A stretch of DNA of 64,000 nucleotides from IMG/VR virus record IMGVR_UViG_2518645549_000001, positions 48,104 through 112,103 of that record; one strand, given 5' to 3'. A program made the translations under genes and the position numbers. This DNA is from a virus (Duplodnaviria > Caudoviricetes). The notes below the pieces were generated by a model. That model was not told where the DNA came from. It saw only the letters and a list, made by a program, of their open reading frames with translations, and ran no database searches. Below, one piece after another: positions 41,576 to 54,000 of this stretch (position 1 is its first letter; each line of letters opens with the position of its first letter).

Positions 41576-44500
41576 ATGACCACCATTGCCTCTCTCGGTC
41601 TTCAGATCGACTCCGGCGATGCTGTCGAGGCCAAGGATAACCTCGACCAGCTGACGGACGCCGGCAAGCGCAGCGAGGAGTCGGCAGGGCGAACTGGGCG
41701 CGCCTGGGAGACTGCCCTGGGCAGCCTGCAAGGTGACACCCGCCAGATCGTCCAGGAGCTGCAGTCACTCAACGCCAAGCAGGCCGAGCTGGCGCAGCAG
41801 ATGGCCACCGTGGGGCGCGCTGTTACCAGTGCCTCAACGGCGTTTAGCAGTGCCGCAGCGAATATGGGGGCGTTCCGAGCCGAAGCCGCTCAGGCGGGTA
41901 AGGTTCAGGAAACGCTGACCAGTGCCACAGATGCCGGTGCCCAAGCCGGCCGGCGCGCTGCCGAATCCGCCGACGAGCAGCAGGCCAGGATTCTGGCCGT
42001 GGCCAAAGCCTCGATGGAGGCCAGCCAGTACATTCAGTCGCTCAACCGGGCCACCGAGCATACAGCCGAGGTCACTTCCCAGGCGAACGCTGTCCTGTCC
42101 GACAGCGCAAGTCGGCAGGCTGCCATCAACAGCCGGGCCCAGGCCCTCATTGCCACAGAAAAGCGCCAGGCGGAGGCGGCGAAGAAGGCAGCCGGCGCGC
42201 ATCGGGAAGAAGGCCAGGTGCTGGAAGAGCTGCTGGGCAAGATCGACCCGACCGTCGCAGCTATGAGCCGGCTGGATCAGATGGAGCAAAAGCTGAAGGG
42301 CTTCCGCACCAGCGGCGCTCTCGATTCGGAGACCTTCGGCGAGTACCAGGCGAAGATCGACCAGGCGCGCACCGCATTGGGCGGCGCCGATATTGCACTG
42401 AACAAGACGGGTATGACGGCCAAGGCCACTGCAGCAGCACTGCGCGGCGTACCGGCCCAGTTCACCGATATCATGGTGTCCTTGCAGGGTGGCCAGGCTC
42501 CGCTCCAAGTCTTACTGCAGCAGGGCGGGCAGCTCAAGGACATGTTCGGCGGCGTGGGCCCAGCCATTCAGGCGCTGGGCGGCTACGTCCTTGGCTTGGT
42601 GAACCCGTTCACCGTCGCAGCGGCGGCGGTCGGCGTGCTCGGATATGCCTACTACTCGGGCAGCGAAGAGGCGGTCGGTTTTCAGAAAGCGCTGATCACC
42701 ACTGGCAACGCGGCCGGCACGACGTCGGACCGGCTTTCCGGCATGGCGCGCGAGGTAGCGGCCACTGTTGGGACCACTGGCGCCGCAGCAGAAGTGCTTA
42801 CCCAGTTGGCCAGTAGCGGCAAGGTCGCTTCCGAGAGTTTCGTCGAGATCACTGAGGCTGCCCTAGAGTGGCGCTCGGCGACCGGCAAGGCAGTCGAGGA
42901 GACCGTTGCCGAGTTCGTGAAGATCGGCAAAGACCCGGTGGCCGCCGCCAAAGACCTCAACGAGCAGTACAACTTCCTGACGGCTTCGACCTATTCGCAG
43001 ATCGTTGCGCTGAAGGAGCAGGGCGACACCATCGGGGCCGCCAAGCTGCTCACCGACACCTACGTCGACACCATCAAGAACCGCAGCAAGGAGGTCACTG
43101 AGAACCTTTCCATCTGGGAGCGCGGCTGGAAGGCGCTACGTGGCGAGGTTGCTGCCACGGTCGATTCGGTCAAGAACATTGGTCGAGACCAGGACATCGC
43201 GAGTCGGATCGTCGACCTGCAGCGCCAGGTCGCTGCGGCACAGAGCGCTGTGAATGCCGATGCAGATGACAGCGATGCTCAGAAAAAGCTGACCAACGCT
43301 AGCCTTGAGCTGAAGGGGCTTATCCAGCAACGTGACACGCTTGCAGCAATCGCCAGCGCCCGCGCCTTGGACGCCCAGCAGCAACAGGCAGCTGTAGTTG
43401 CAATCGGCAAGATCGACGCTTTGGAGAAGTCCGCTAGGACAAACGCCGAGAAGCGGGCCGATGCGCTGAAGGAATACAGCAAGTCCCTAGACGCCATCCG
43501 CAAGGTCAACCCAAATGATGAGCGGCTGAAGCCCGAGAATATCACCCGGGTGCAGGCCGACATCGCCAAGCAGTTCAAGGATACGACCGGCCGGACAGGA
43601 TCGGTCGACCTCTCAGGTTTCAACGACCAGAAGAACGCGCTGAGCGCCATCCTGGCCGAGTACAAGAATCATCAGAAAGAGCTGGATGCGGCGCAGAAGG
43701 CCGGGCTTATCTCACAGGAGTCGTATACCGCCCAACGCGCTGCGATCATCGAGCAGCAGAAGGCCGAGGTCACGAACGCCTACGAGGCAGAGATCAAGGC
43801 GCTGGAGGAGGCCAAGGGGCGAAGCAGTACCAGCGCCCAGCAGCGTATCCAGCTGGACCAGAAGATCGCCGATGCCCGGGCCGCTATGGTCAAGGCTCAG
43901 AAGGGCGCCGATACAGAGCTATCAGTGCTGGCGACCAATGAGCAGGGCCGGCTGGCCCAGCAGGCTAGAGCAGTGCAGACTTACACCGACGCCCTTGACC
44001 AGCAGGCCCTGGCGCTGAGGCTACAGGGTCAGCGCTCCGCTGATGGCCTTGGGCTCGGCGACCGCCAGCGCGGCTTGCAGGATCAGCAGAACGGCATCAC
44101 TGATCGGATGAACCAGCAGCGACTGGATCTGGCCAATCAGTACGGTGATGGCTCTCGTGGCATGAGCCTTGATGAGTACAACCAGAAGTTGGCGGCCCTG
44201 AACAAGACCGAGAAGGACCTGCAGGAATCCACCATCGCCAACTACTACCAGATGACCGCCGCCCAAGGCGACTGGCGCAAGGGGGCGTCTTCGGCCTTCC
44301 AGAATTACCTGGACCAGGCCCGGGATGTCGCCGGGCAGACGAGGTCCCTGTTCACGAATGCGTTCAACTCGATGGAGGATGCGGTTGTGAACTTCGCCAT
44401 GACCGGCAAGTTCTCGTTCGCGGACTTCACCAAGTCGGTGCTGGCAGATATGGCTCGTATCGCGACACAGCAGGCTGCTTCTGGCCTGCTGGGAAGTCTA

Positions 44501-45037
44501 GTGAGCTGGGGCGTATCGGCTGCTTCTGCCTATTTCGGCGGCGGCACCGGTAACGGCATGGAGGCAGGCTCTGCAGGTGCGGTGTCGTCCAACCTTGGCG
44601 CGTCGCAGGCCGGCTATTCCAGCGCCTACTTCCCGCAGGCGTTGGGTGGCGCCTGGTCGAACGGCGTTCAACTATTCGCCAATGGTGGCGCCTTCACCAA
44701 CTCCATCGTGAGCACTCCGACCGCTTTCGGCATAGCCGGTAGCAAGTTGGGAGTGATGGGAGAGGCTGGTGACGAGGCTGTCATGCCCCTTACGAGAACG
44801 GCAGGCGGCCAGCTTGGAGTGATGGCGGTTGGTGGCGGTAGCGGTGGAACGGCGATCAGCGTGTCCGCGCCGGTTAGCATAGTGGTGGAGGACAGGAGTA
44901 GCGAGGGCATGCAACTCGATCAAGCGCTACTCCAGCAGAACATGCAGAAGCAAATGCAGATGGCTGCCGAGAAAGCGGTCGCTGACTCATGGCGTCCAGG
45001 TGGCGTCAGCCATCGCAATACCAGCGGGAGGCGCTGA
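41576..45037 (+). CDS. Tape measure protein (lambda H-like)
   Basis: 1153 aa, Ala-rich; LLQQGGQLKDMFGG; GEAGDEAVMPL. Confidence 0.93.
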   Translation: MTTIASLGLQIDSGDAVEAKDNLDQLTDAGKRSEESAGRTGRAWETALGSLQGDTRQIVQELQSLNAKQAELAQQMATVGRAVTSASTAFSSAAANMGAFRAEAAQAGKVQETLTSATDAGAQAGRRAAESADEQQARILAVAKASMEASQYIQSLNRATEHTAEVTSQANAVLSDSASRQAAINSRAQALIATEKRQAEAAKKAAGAHREEGQVLEELLGKIDPTVAAMSRLDQMEQKLKGFRTSGALDSETFGEYQAKIDQARTALGGADIALNKTGMTAKATAAALRGVPAQFTDIMVSLQGGQAPLQVLLQQGGQLKDMFGGVGPAIQALGGYVLGLVNPFTVAAAAVGVLGYAYYSGSEEAVGFQKALITTGNAAGTTSDRLSGMAREVAATVGTTGAAAEVLTQLASSGKVASESFVEITEAALEWRSATGKAVEETVAEFVKIGKDPVAAAKDLNEQYNFLTASTYSQIVALKEQGDTIGAAKLLTDTYVDTIKNRSKEVTENLSIWERGWKALRGEVAATVDSVKNIGRDQDIASRIVDLQRQVAAAQSAVNADADDSDAQKKLTNASLELKGLIQQRDTLAAIASARALDAQQQQAAVVAIGKIDALEKSARTNAEKRADALKEYSKSLDAIRKVNPNDERLKPENITRVQADIAKQFKDTTGRTGSVDLSGFNDQKNALSAILAEYKNHQKELDAAQKAGLISQESYTAQRAAIIEQQKAEVTNAYEAEIKALEEAKGRSSTSAQQRIQLDQKIADARAAMVKAQKGADTELSVLATNEQGRLAQQARAVQTYTDALDQQALALRLQGQRSADGLGLGDRQRGLQDQQNGITDRMNQQRLDLANQYGDGSRGMSLDEYNQKLAALNKTEKDLQESTIANYYQMTAAQGDWRKGASSAFQNYLDQARDVAGQTRSLFTNAFNSMEDAVVNFAMTGKFSFADFTKSVLADMARIATQQAASGLLGSLVSWGVSAASAYFGGGTGNGMEAGSAGAVSSNLGASQAGYSSAYFPQALGGAWSNGVQLFANGGAFTNSIVSTPTAFGIAGSKLGVMGEAGDEAVMPLTRTAGGQLGVMAVGGGSGGTAISVSAPVSIVVEDRSSEGMQLDQALLQQNMQKQMQMAAEKAVADSWRPGGVSHRNTSGRR

Positions 45038-45375
45038 TGGCCATCGAAAAATTCAGCTGGCCAACCCAGCGCGGGGAAACGCCGGAGATCAGCTACCGAA
45101 CCCGCGAGTCACGCTTCGGCGGCGGGTATCGACAGGTTGTCGGCGACGGACCCAATAACAAGGAAGACAGCTACCCCATCACGGTTACCGGCACGAAGGC
45201 TCAGGTCCGCAAGGTAATGGAGTTCTTCGACCGGCACGGTGGCGCCAAGGCCTTTCTTTGGTCTACGCCGCTCGGTGATCTGGGGCTGTTTACCTGCAAG
45301 GATCCAAAGCCTACCCCGGTGGGTGGCGGGCGATTCAAGGTTGCCGCCACTTTCGAGCGGGCATTTCATCCGTAA
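45037..45375 (+). CDS. Minor tail protein M-like
   Basis: FGGGYRQ..DGPN; FFDRHGG.KAFLWSTP. Confidence 0.88.
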   Translation: MAIEKFSWPTQRGETPEISYRTRESRFGGGYRQVVGDGPNNKEDSYPITVTGTKAQVRKVMEFFDRHGGAKAFLWSTPLGDLGLFTCKDPKPTPVGGGRFKVAATFERAFHP

Positions 45376-45384
45376 GGAACCACC

Positions 45385-46134
45385 ATGTCACTGATCAAGG
45401 ACATCCAGACCCTGGAACCTGGCAGCGAGGTATTGCTGTTCGAGCTGGATGGCTCGGACTTCGGTGCCGACATGCTGCGCTTCCATGGCCATGCAATTCC
45501 GCATACCCCCGAAGAACTGGCGGCGGCCGGCGCGAATGCCGACCAGTTGCTGGCGAAGTCAATCTGGTGGCAGGGCAATGAGTACGGTGCCTGGCCCATG
45601 CAGATCGATGGCATTGAAGCGAACTCGGATGGTACGGCCGTACGCCCGACGCTGACTGTCGGCAACGTCAACGGCAGGATCACGGCGCTGTGCCTGGCGT
45701 TCGACAACCTGCTCGAGTTTAAGCTGACCATGCGCCACACCATGGCGCGTTACTTGGACGCGGTAAACTTCCCTGCAGGCAACCCTGAGGCCGATCCGAC
45801 CGAGGAAGCGATCGAAGTCTGGTACATCGACCAGAAAGTATCGGAGAACGGCACCACGGTTGCCTGGGAGTTGGCTAGCCCGGGGGATGTGGGCGGCGAG
45901 ACAATCGGGCGTCAGATGACCCAGCTTTGCCATTGGGCAATGACCGCCGGCTACCGAGGCCCGAATTGCGGCTACACCGGCCCCTACTTCGACCTTGACG
46001 GCAATCCCACCGACGACCCCGCCAAGGACAACTGCAATGGCTGCCTCGACACGGGGTGCACTGCTCGCCACGGGCAGGGCAACCAACTGCCGTTTGGCGG
46101 GTTCCCGGCTGTATCCCTGATCGCACGGAGTTGA
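45385..46134 (+). CDS. Minor tail protein L-like
   Basis: WQGNEY..WP, four conserved Cys, FGGFP. Confidence 0.92.
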   Translation: MSLIKDIQTLEPGSEVLLFELDGSDFGADMLRFHGHAIPHTPEELAAAGANADQLLAKSIWWQGNEYGAWPMQIDGIEANSDGTAVRPTLTVGNVNGRITALCLAFDNLLEFKLTMRHTMARYLDAVNFPAGNPEADPTEEAIEVWYIDQKVSENGTTVAWELASPGDVGGETIGRQMTQLCHWAMTAGYRGPNCGYTGPYFDLDGNPTDDPAKDNCNGCLDTGCTARHGQGNQLPFGGFPAVSLIARS

Positions 46135-46136
46135 TC

Positions 46137-46892
46137 ATGCGCAAACACATCCTCGCCGCCATGCAAGCCCACGCTGCGGCAGATTACCCACGCGAGTGCT
46201 GCGGGCTGATCATCGCCGTCGGCCGCTCCCACCGCTACATCCCATGCGGTAACACCGCGACCGATCCCGCAGAGGAGTTTCGTATCTCGCCGGAAGACTA
46301 CGCGGCGGCCGAGGACAAGGGCGAGGTGATCGGCATCGTGCACTCACATCCGGACGCCACCAGCAGACCGTCGCCGCGGGATCTGGCCATGTGTGAGGCC
46401 ACCGGCTTGCCCTGGCACATCCTGTCGTGGCCTGAAGGTGATCTGCGCACTATCACGCCAACCGGTCACACGCCGCTGCTGGGGCGTCCTTTCGTGCACG
46501 GCGCCTGGGATTGCTGGCAAGTCTGCGCGGACTGGTACAACCGCGAGTGGGGACTGGAATTCCCAACCTATGCCCGGGAAGAAGGGTGGTGGGAACAGAT
46601 GGACGGCCCGAGCCTCTATGAGCAGGCATACGAAGCGGCCGGCTTTTACAAGGTGAGCCAGGCGCAGCGAGGCGACATGGTCGTCATGGCTGTGGGGCGC
46701 ACCGCCCATCCCAATCACGCCGGCATTTATCTGGGCGTGGATGCGCAACTGCCTGAGGAGCACGCCCAGGTCTTCGGTCATGGGCCCTTCATGCTGCACC
46801 ACCTGCTGGGGCGGCCATCAGAAATCATCGTGTTCGGCGGCCCTTGGCTAGCCCGGGCTCGGCTTGTGCTGCGTCACCGAGACGCCAAGTGA
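46137..46892 (+). CDS. Tail assembly protein K-like (JAB + NlpC/P60)
   Basis: PRECCG, HSHPD..S..D, DCW and HAGIY. Confidence 0.92.
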   Translation: MRKHILAAMQAHAAADYPRECCGLIIAVGRSHRYIPCGNTATDPAEEFRISPEDYAAAEDKGEVIGIVHSHPDATSRPSPRDLAMCEATGLPWHILSWPEGDLRTITPTGHTPLLGRPFVHGAWDCWQVCADWYNREWGLEFPTYAREEGWWEQMDGPSLYEQAYEAAGFYKVSQAQRGDMVVMAVGRTAHPNHAGIYLGVDAQLPEEHAQVFGHGPFMLHHLLGRPSEIIVFGGPWLARARLVLRHRDAK

Positions 46893-46922
46893 TACATTCA
46901 GCGCTTTTCAGGGAGGGATCAC

Positions 46923-47345
46923 ATGCGAATTCTGATCGGGGCATTGGGCCTGGCTTTGCTGGCTGGGTGCGCATCTTCTGCAATCTCGGTCAATAAAGCG
47001 GAACCGGTACCGGCCGACGAGCTTTACGCCTACCAGGCAAAGCCTGTAGGAGACAGCGGAACGCTCACTGTCGTTCGAGACGCTGGGTTCGTGGGATCTG
47101 GATGCGATGCGGTCGTCTATATCGATGGCGTGAAGGCAGCGAAAATCGGTACGGGGCAGCGGGCAACCTTCTTTCTTCCTGTAGGTAATCCTAACCTCGG
47201 GGTCGGATTCGCAGGCCAGGGCCTATGTATGGGGGTCGCAATTCGGACTATCACAGGCAGCGTAACGTCTGGCGCAGAGAGTACGTACAGCATTTCGGGA
47301 GACATGAACGGCATCTACATAGGACCGTACATCGATTACAAATGA
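46923..47345 (+). CDS. Lipoprotein moron between K and I
   Basis: Lipobox LAGC; VVRD.GFVGSGC..VYIDG. Confidence 0.8.
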   Translation: MRILIGALGLALLAGCASSAISVNKAEPVPADELYAYQAKPVGDSGTLTVVRDAGFVGSGCDAVVYIDGVKAAKIGTGQRATFFLPVGNPNLGVGFAGQGLCMGVAIRTITGSVTSGAESTYSISGDMNGIYIGPYIDYK

Positions 47346-47347
47346 AT

Positions 47348-47375
47348 AGACCGCCTCCGGGCGGTTTTTTATTGC
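47348..47375 (+). repeat. 28-bp terminator repeat, copy 1 (copy 2 at 47995-48022)
   Basis: AGACCGCCTCCGGGCGGTTTTTTATTGC is identical on both sides of gene I. Confidence 0.9.
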
Positions 47376-47387
47376 TCGGAGAAGAGT

Positions 47388-47978
47388 ATGGCTGGCACAG
47401 CAGCACAAAAACAGCCTTTGACACTGATCAAACTGTCTGGGTCTCTAGCCCAAAAATTTGGTCGCACACACCGCCGACACATAGACAGCGGTCAGACATG
47501 GGAAGTCTTCAAGGCTCTCAAGGCCACGCTCGAAGGTTTCGAAACGGAGATCAGGCGTCTGGATCGGCTAGGCATGCGGTTCGCCATTTTCCGCAACCGC
47601 CGAAATGTAGGGATCGACGACCTTGGGCGCCGAGGTACTCAGGAAGTACGTATCGTGCCAGTAGTAGAGGGCAGTAAGCGAGGGGGAATATTGCAGACCG
47701 TACTTGCCGCAGTCTTGATAGTGGTTGGCGTGGTCACGCAGCAGTATTGGTTGGTTCAGACCGGGGTTGCTCTCGCCATTGGTGGTGTCATCCAGATGCT
47801 TAGCCCCCAAGCCAAGGGCCTATCCCAGAGCGCCGCCCCTGAAAACCTGCCGTCGTACGCCTTCGGCAGCGCCAAAAACACCACCGCAAGTGGCAACCCA
47901 GTTCCGATTTGTATAGGCGAACGCCGCTGGGGCGGGGCGATCATCTCAGCCTCGATCGAGGCGCAAGACAAGGCCTAG
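47388..47978 (+). CDS. Tail assembly protein I-like
   Basis: Ubiquitin-like N-domain ending IVPVVEGSK; GNPVPICIG. Confidence 0.9.
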   Translation: MAGTAAQKQPLTLIKLSGSLAQKFGRTHRRHIDSGQTWEVFKALKATLEGFETEIRRLDRLGMRFAIFRNRRNVGIDDLGRRGTQEVRIVPVVEGSKRGGILQTVLAAVLIVVGVVTQQYWLVQTGVALAIGGVIQMLSPQAKGLSQSAAPENLPSYAFGSAKNTTASGNPVPICIGERRWGGAIISASIEAQDKA

Positions 47979-48034
47979 GGCCGATTCAGCAAGCAGACCG
48001 CCTCCGGGCGGTTTTTTATTGCCCGGAGGAAAGC

Positions 48035-51000
48035 ATGGGTCCAGCAGATCACGTGGATATCACTGGCGCCAAGGGCGGCAGCAGCAAGCCGAAAACGCCT
48101 GTAGAGGCGCCCGATAGCCTGCAGTCGACCAACATCGGCAAGATTCTGATTGCGGTGGGGGAGGGTGAGTTCGACGGTGAGCCGACGGATCGTGACATCT
48201 ACCTTGATAACACCCCGATCATGGATGCCAACGGCAGCGTGAATTTCCCTGGGGTGCGGTGGGAGTGGCGTCCTGGCTCGGTGGAGCAGGACTACATCCA
48301 GGGGATCCCTGCGATCGAGAACGAGACCACCGTCAATGTCGAACTGCGCAACGACAATCCATTTGCCCGTGCTCTGAGCAACACCCAGCTCTCGGCTGTC
48401 CGCGTGCGAATGGTCTGGCCGCGCCTGGCGCAGCAGGACAGCAGCGGCAATACCAATGGCTACCGCATTGAGTACGCCATCGATATCGCCACCGATGGTG
48501 GCGCATACGTCGAGGCGCACCTGGGGGCGGTGGACGGCAAGACCACCAACGGCTACCAGCGCTCGGTGCGCGTGAACCTGCCCAAAGCAACCTCCGGCTG
48601 GATGCTGCGCGTGCGCCGTATCACTCCGAATGCCAACAGCGGCACCGTGGCCGACACGATGACCATCGCTGGCTACACCGAGATCATCGACCAGAAACTG
48701 CGCTACCCGAACACTGCGCTGTTGTACATCGAGTTTGACGCCCAGCAGTTCCAGAACATCCCTGCGGTAACCGTGAAGTGCAAGGCCAAGCGCTGGCCGG
48801 TGCCGACCAACTACGATCCCGTTGCACGCACATATACCGGCGTATGGGATGGCACCTTCAAGCAGGCCTGGACCAACAACCCGGCCTTTGTGACCTACGG
48901 CCTGTGCGTCGAGGATCGTTTCGGCCTGGGTAAGCGCATCAAGCCGTGGATGGTCGACAAGTGGGAGATGTACCGCATCGCCCAGTACTGCGACCAGCTG
49001 GTGCCGAACGGGCAGGGCGGTCAGGAGCCGCGTTTCCTGTGCGACATGAATCTCCAGGGCCGCGCCGAAGCCTGGACCTTGCTGCGCGACCTCTCGGCGA
49101 TTTACCGGGGCATGGTGTACTGGGCTCACGGCTCTCTGTTCATGCAGGCAGACATGCCGCGCGCCCAAGATATCGACTACGTGTTCACACGGGCCAACGT
49201 CATCGACGGTGAGTTCGTGTACGGCGGCGCCGAGCGGAACACCCATTACAGCCGGGCCCTGGTCAGCTACGACAATCCGGCCAACAACTACGACACCGAT
49301 GTCATCCCGGTCACCGACAACGCTCTCCAGCGCCGGTACCGGGACCGTCCGGTGGAGATTTCGGCCATCGGCTGCACTCGAGCGTCCGAGGCTCAGCGCC
49401 GCGGCAAGTGGGCGCTGCTGAGTAACAGCCAGGACCGCACCGTCACTTTCAAGACCGGTATGGAAGGGCGCATTCCGCTGCCTGGCTACGTCATTCCCGT
49501 CGCAGACGAACTGGTTGCCGGCCGTCCAAACGGCGGTCGGATTTCGGCGGCTGCCGGCCGAGTCGTGACCTTGGACCGTGACACGCCGATCAAGGCTGGC
49601 GACCGGCTGATCTTGAACTTGCCGAACGGCACCGCCCAGGCACGCACGGTGCAGTCGGTCGCCGGCCGCGCGGTGACGGTAACCACCGCGTATGGCGTGC
49701 AGCCCGAGCCGGAACTGCAGTGGGCAATCGATTACCACGACCTGGCGGTGCAGCTGTTCCGGGTGCTGAAAACAACGCGCACCCAAGAGGGCGAGTACGA
49801 GATCACCGCGCTCGAGTTCAACCCGAGCAAATTCGCTGCGATCGATACCGGTGCCAAGCTGGACGAGCGTCCGATCAGCGTTATTCCGGTAACCACCGTG
49901 CAGCCCCCCGCAAGCGTGACCTTGTCTTCCGCCCACATGATCGACCAGGGTATCGCGGTCAGCACGATGACTATCGCCTGGCCGGCGGTGGAGGGCGCTG
50001 TCGCCTATGACGTGGAGTGGCGCAAGGACAACGGCAACTGGGTTCGTCTGCAGCGCACCGGCGCAACATCGGTAGACGTGGTCGGCATTTACGCGGGTGC
50101 CTACCTTGCACGCGTACGCGCTGTGAGCTCGTTCGAGATTACGTCGATCTGGAAAAGCTCGACCCTGACTCAGCTGAATGGCAAGGAAGGCCTGCCGCCG
50201 GCCGTTACCTTTCTGGATACCGAAAGCCTGCTGTTCGGCATCGGCATCAAGTGGGGCTTCCCTGCTGGCTCCAGTGACACCCAGCGTACCGAGTTGTGGT
50301 ACAGCGAAGGTACAGACTTGGACCAGGCCACCAAGCTGGCCGACCTGGCCTACCCGCAGAACGAGTACGTCATGCAGGGCTTGCGCGCGGGCCAACAGTT
50401 CTATTTCTGGGCTCGCCTGGTCGATCGTTCCGGTAACCTTGGCCCATTCTTTCCGGTAGCACCGACGGTGGTTGCCGGGATGGCCAGCGCAGACGCTGGA
50501 GCGATTCTTGAGCAGATTAAGGATCAGATCACCGAGAGCGAACTGGGCAAAGAACTGACCAGCCGTATCGACCTGGTCGACAAGAATGGCCCTGGCTCGG
50601 TGAACGAGCGCGTTGGGGAAGTCCGCAGCGAGCTGAATGAGCAGGTGGCCGGGGTCAACAACGCGATCGAGATGGTCAAGTCGTCGGTGGTGGCGGCCCG
50701 TGATGAGTTGCAGCAGCAGCTTGCAGCAGTTGATCAGGAAGTCGATGCGGCCCGATCCGAGCTGCAGCAGCAGATCAATACCGTCTCCGCGTTGGCCGGA
50801 TCGTTGCCGTACAACAAGGACAAGACCTACACCCTGAATCAGGGTGTACTGGGCGCCGACGGCAAGCTGTACCAGGCCCTGAAAGCGGTACCGAAGAACA
50901 ACCCGCCGCCCAATGCGACCTACTGGACCGATGTTGGCCAGGCGATCGTCACGGCGGCCGGCACCGCCGCCCGCGTGGGCAAGGTTGAAACGGATGTTTC

Positions 51001-54000
51001 CACGCTCAACGGTACGAGCACGGCGCAGGCCAGCCAGATCGAGGGCCTGCTGTCTGGCCTGACCACCACCAATGGCAATGTGACGACCGCCCAGCAGGCC
51101 GCCCAGGCGGCCGCTACGGCAGCCGGCGCCAAGGGTGAGGTCATCTACGGATCGACCGCACCTGCAGCCGACAAGCGCTTGGCGCAAAACCTGTGGATCG
51201 ATACCACGGGCAATGCCAACACGCCCAAGCGCTGGAATGGCAGTGCGTGGGTTACGGTAACGGACAAGGTGGCCTCGGACGCTGCGGCCGCTGCGGCCAA
51301 TGCCCTGACGGCTGCCCAGAGCAAAGCCGATGCCTCGGTGGTGCAGAGCCTGAGCACCAAGGTCAGCGATGCCGAAGGCAAGTTGACCACGCAGGGCCAG
51401 TCGATCACGGGCCTGCAGGGTAGCCTTACCACGACCAACCAGAACGTCACGGCTGCCCAGCAAGCCGCGCAAGCGGCGGCCACGGCGGCCGGTGCCAAGG
51501 GCGAGGTGATCTACGGGGCGACCGCGCCGGCGGCTGATAAGCGTCTGGCACAGAACCTATGGATCGACACCACCGGCAACGCCAACACGCCTAAGCGCTG
51601 GAACAATAGCGCCTGGGTGGCGGTAAGCGACAAGGTGGCCACTGATGCTGCCGCCGCCGCGGCCGCCGCCAATGCGCTGGCCGCGACCAAGGCGGATGCG
51701 TCGGCGGTGAACCTGCTGACCAACCGTGTCAGCAGTGCCGAAGGCGTACTCACCAGCTACAGCAGCGATATCATCCAGCTCAAGAACAGCCTGAGTGCTG
51801 CGCAGTCGTTTGTGGCCGGTAAGGCGTGGGAGTTCACCGGTTCGACGCGGGGTTGGTTCGGTACCATCAGCGGTTCGACCTTTGTAGCCGGCCCGCTGTT
51901 CGCCACGTCCGGCAACTGCCCGAACCTGCAGTGCAACTTCACGCCGACGTTCCCGGGCGCCGAGAACCCTTTCCTGCGCATCCGGCTGCGTCGGCGCAAC
52001 ACCGCCCGCGCCGGCGCGCAGATGTACTGGGCGAACGAAGATGGCGGGCTGGCCGAAGCCCGGCGCATGCCCTGGACGATCAACACCACCACGACCGACT
52101 GGCAGGATATCGAGATTGACCTGTCTGGCCACGCGGGCTGGAGCGGTAAAAACATCTATGCCATCCGCCTGGACATGATGTCCTCGTCGGATACCACCGG
52201 CGAAATCGACATTGCCTATATCGCGGTAGGGCGGCGTTCGATTGCGGCGTCGGCGGAAGCCGTATCCAGCTTGAGCAGTGCCGTTAGCGATGCGGATGGC
52301 AAGCTGACCACGCAGGGTCAGTCGATCATCGGCCTGCAGAACGGCCTCACCACGACCAATCAGGGCGTGAGCGCTGCCCAGCAAGCAGCGCAGGCGGCGG
52401 CGACAGCCGCAGGGGCGAAAGGCGAAGTCATCTATGGATCGACCGCGCCTGCAGCGGATAAGCGTTTGGCGCAAAACCTGTGGATCGACACCACCGGCAA
52501 CGCCAATACGCCGAAACGCTGGAACGGCAGCGCCTGGGTGGCCGTCACCGACAAGGTGGCTACGGACGCCGCAGCAGCGGCGCAATCGGCGCTGACCGAG
52601 GTGGCCAAGAAGGCCGATGCGTCGACCGTGCAGAGCCTGTCCAACACGGTCGTCCAGCATGGCCAGGACATTACCGCCCAAGGTCAGGCGATGACGGCGA
52701 TTGGCGCCGCGATCGCCGAGGTGGGTGGGGAGAACCTGCTGTATAACCCAACGTTCAATCGTGCCAGCGCGGCCGATGCCAACGTGCCAGATGGTTGGGT
52801 GCTGGAGGGTAGTGCACCCCGAAACCCAAGCATGGTGCCGTCCTGGTTGAACGCCGGAGAGCGGGCGTTTCGGGTCGCGGTCACCGGCGTCACGAACGCG
52901 AGCCCCTATTTTTCGCTGGTCACCCAGTCGATCCAGCGGCCAAGAGTAGCGAGCGGGCAGAGCGTCACCACATCGGTCAACGTTCGCCGCATGGCCGAGG
53001 CGGGCTTGCTGGCCCTGCGCATCATCTACCAGTGGATCAACGAAGCCGGCGCGGTAATCTCGGCGCCGGCCAACGGGTTCATGCCGATCACGGTTGAAGG
53101 TAGCCGGCACTCGTTCACATCGGTGGCACCTGAGGAGGCTGTTCGATTCAACGTCTATTTCCGTGTTCACAGCCAGACGGCAGCGTCTGTAAACGGAACT
53201 TTGGAGCTGGCCAGGCCGCAAGCTGAGTACGGTTCCCGTGCCACCGGTTGGCGGGACAATGGGCAGGTCACGGCAGGTGAGGTCGCGGCGAACGTCGCGG
53301 CCACCAACCTGCTGAGCGGCCGGGTTAGTCAGACCGAGCAGGGGCTGGTGTCGCAGGGGCAGTCGATCGTTTCGCTTGAAGGTGGGCTGACCACCACCAA
53401 GCAGAACGTGACAGCCGCGCAGCAGGCCGCCCAGGCGGCGGCGACGGCCGCCGGCGCCAAGGGTGAGGTCATCTACGGATCGACCGCACCTGCAGCCGAC
53501 AAGCGTTTGGCGCAAAACCTGTGGATCGACACCACCGGCAATGCGAACACGCCGAAACGCTGGAACGGCAGCGCCTGGTTGGCGGTGAGCGACAAGGTGG
53601 CCACGGACGCCGCAGCAGCGGCGGCCAATGCCCTGTCGGTGGCACAGACAAAGGCCGATGCGCAGACCGTCAGTGCGTTGACCAACGAGGTGTCCCGACA
53701 AGGTGCGGACATTTCCGCCAACGGCTCGGCCATCGTCGACATCAATACGTCGATTGCACAGATCGGCGGCGAGAATCTGCTGTACAACCCTTCGTTCGAC
53801 AAGGGCGCGGCGAGTCTCGCTGAACGCTGGCGGGTGGGTAATGGCGGCGGTGCCACGTATACCGCCACCCTGATTCTCTCTACGCTGGACCCGCAAGGGA
53901 AGGCGCAACGATTTGATGTTAGCGGCTTGGTCGCCGGCTCTGGTTCTGTGTATCTGGACTTGGCGCCGGGCATTGGCGATCGCCCTGCCACTGCGCCCGG

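Noticed and set aside
46137-47978. JAB plus ubiquitin-like pair as a defence conjugation system
   Set aside because: These are the standard lambdoid tail K and I genes in canonical order.
47975-53908. Long minus-strand ORFs (1165 aa and 783 aa) and similar antisense ORFs over head genes
   Set aside because: Shadow frames of high-GC coding sequence with no recognisable motifs.
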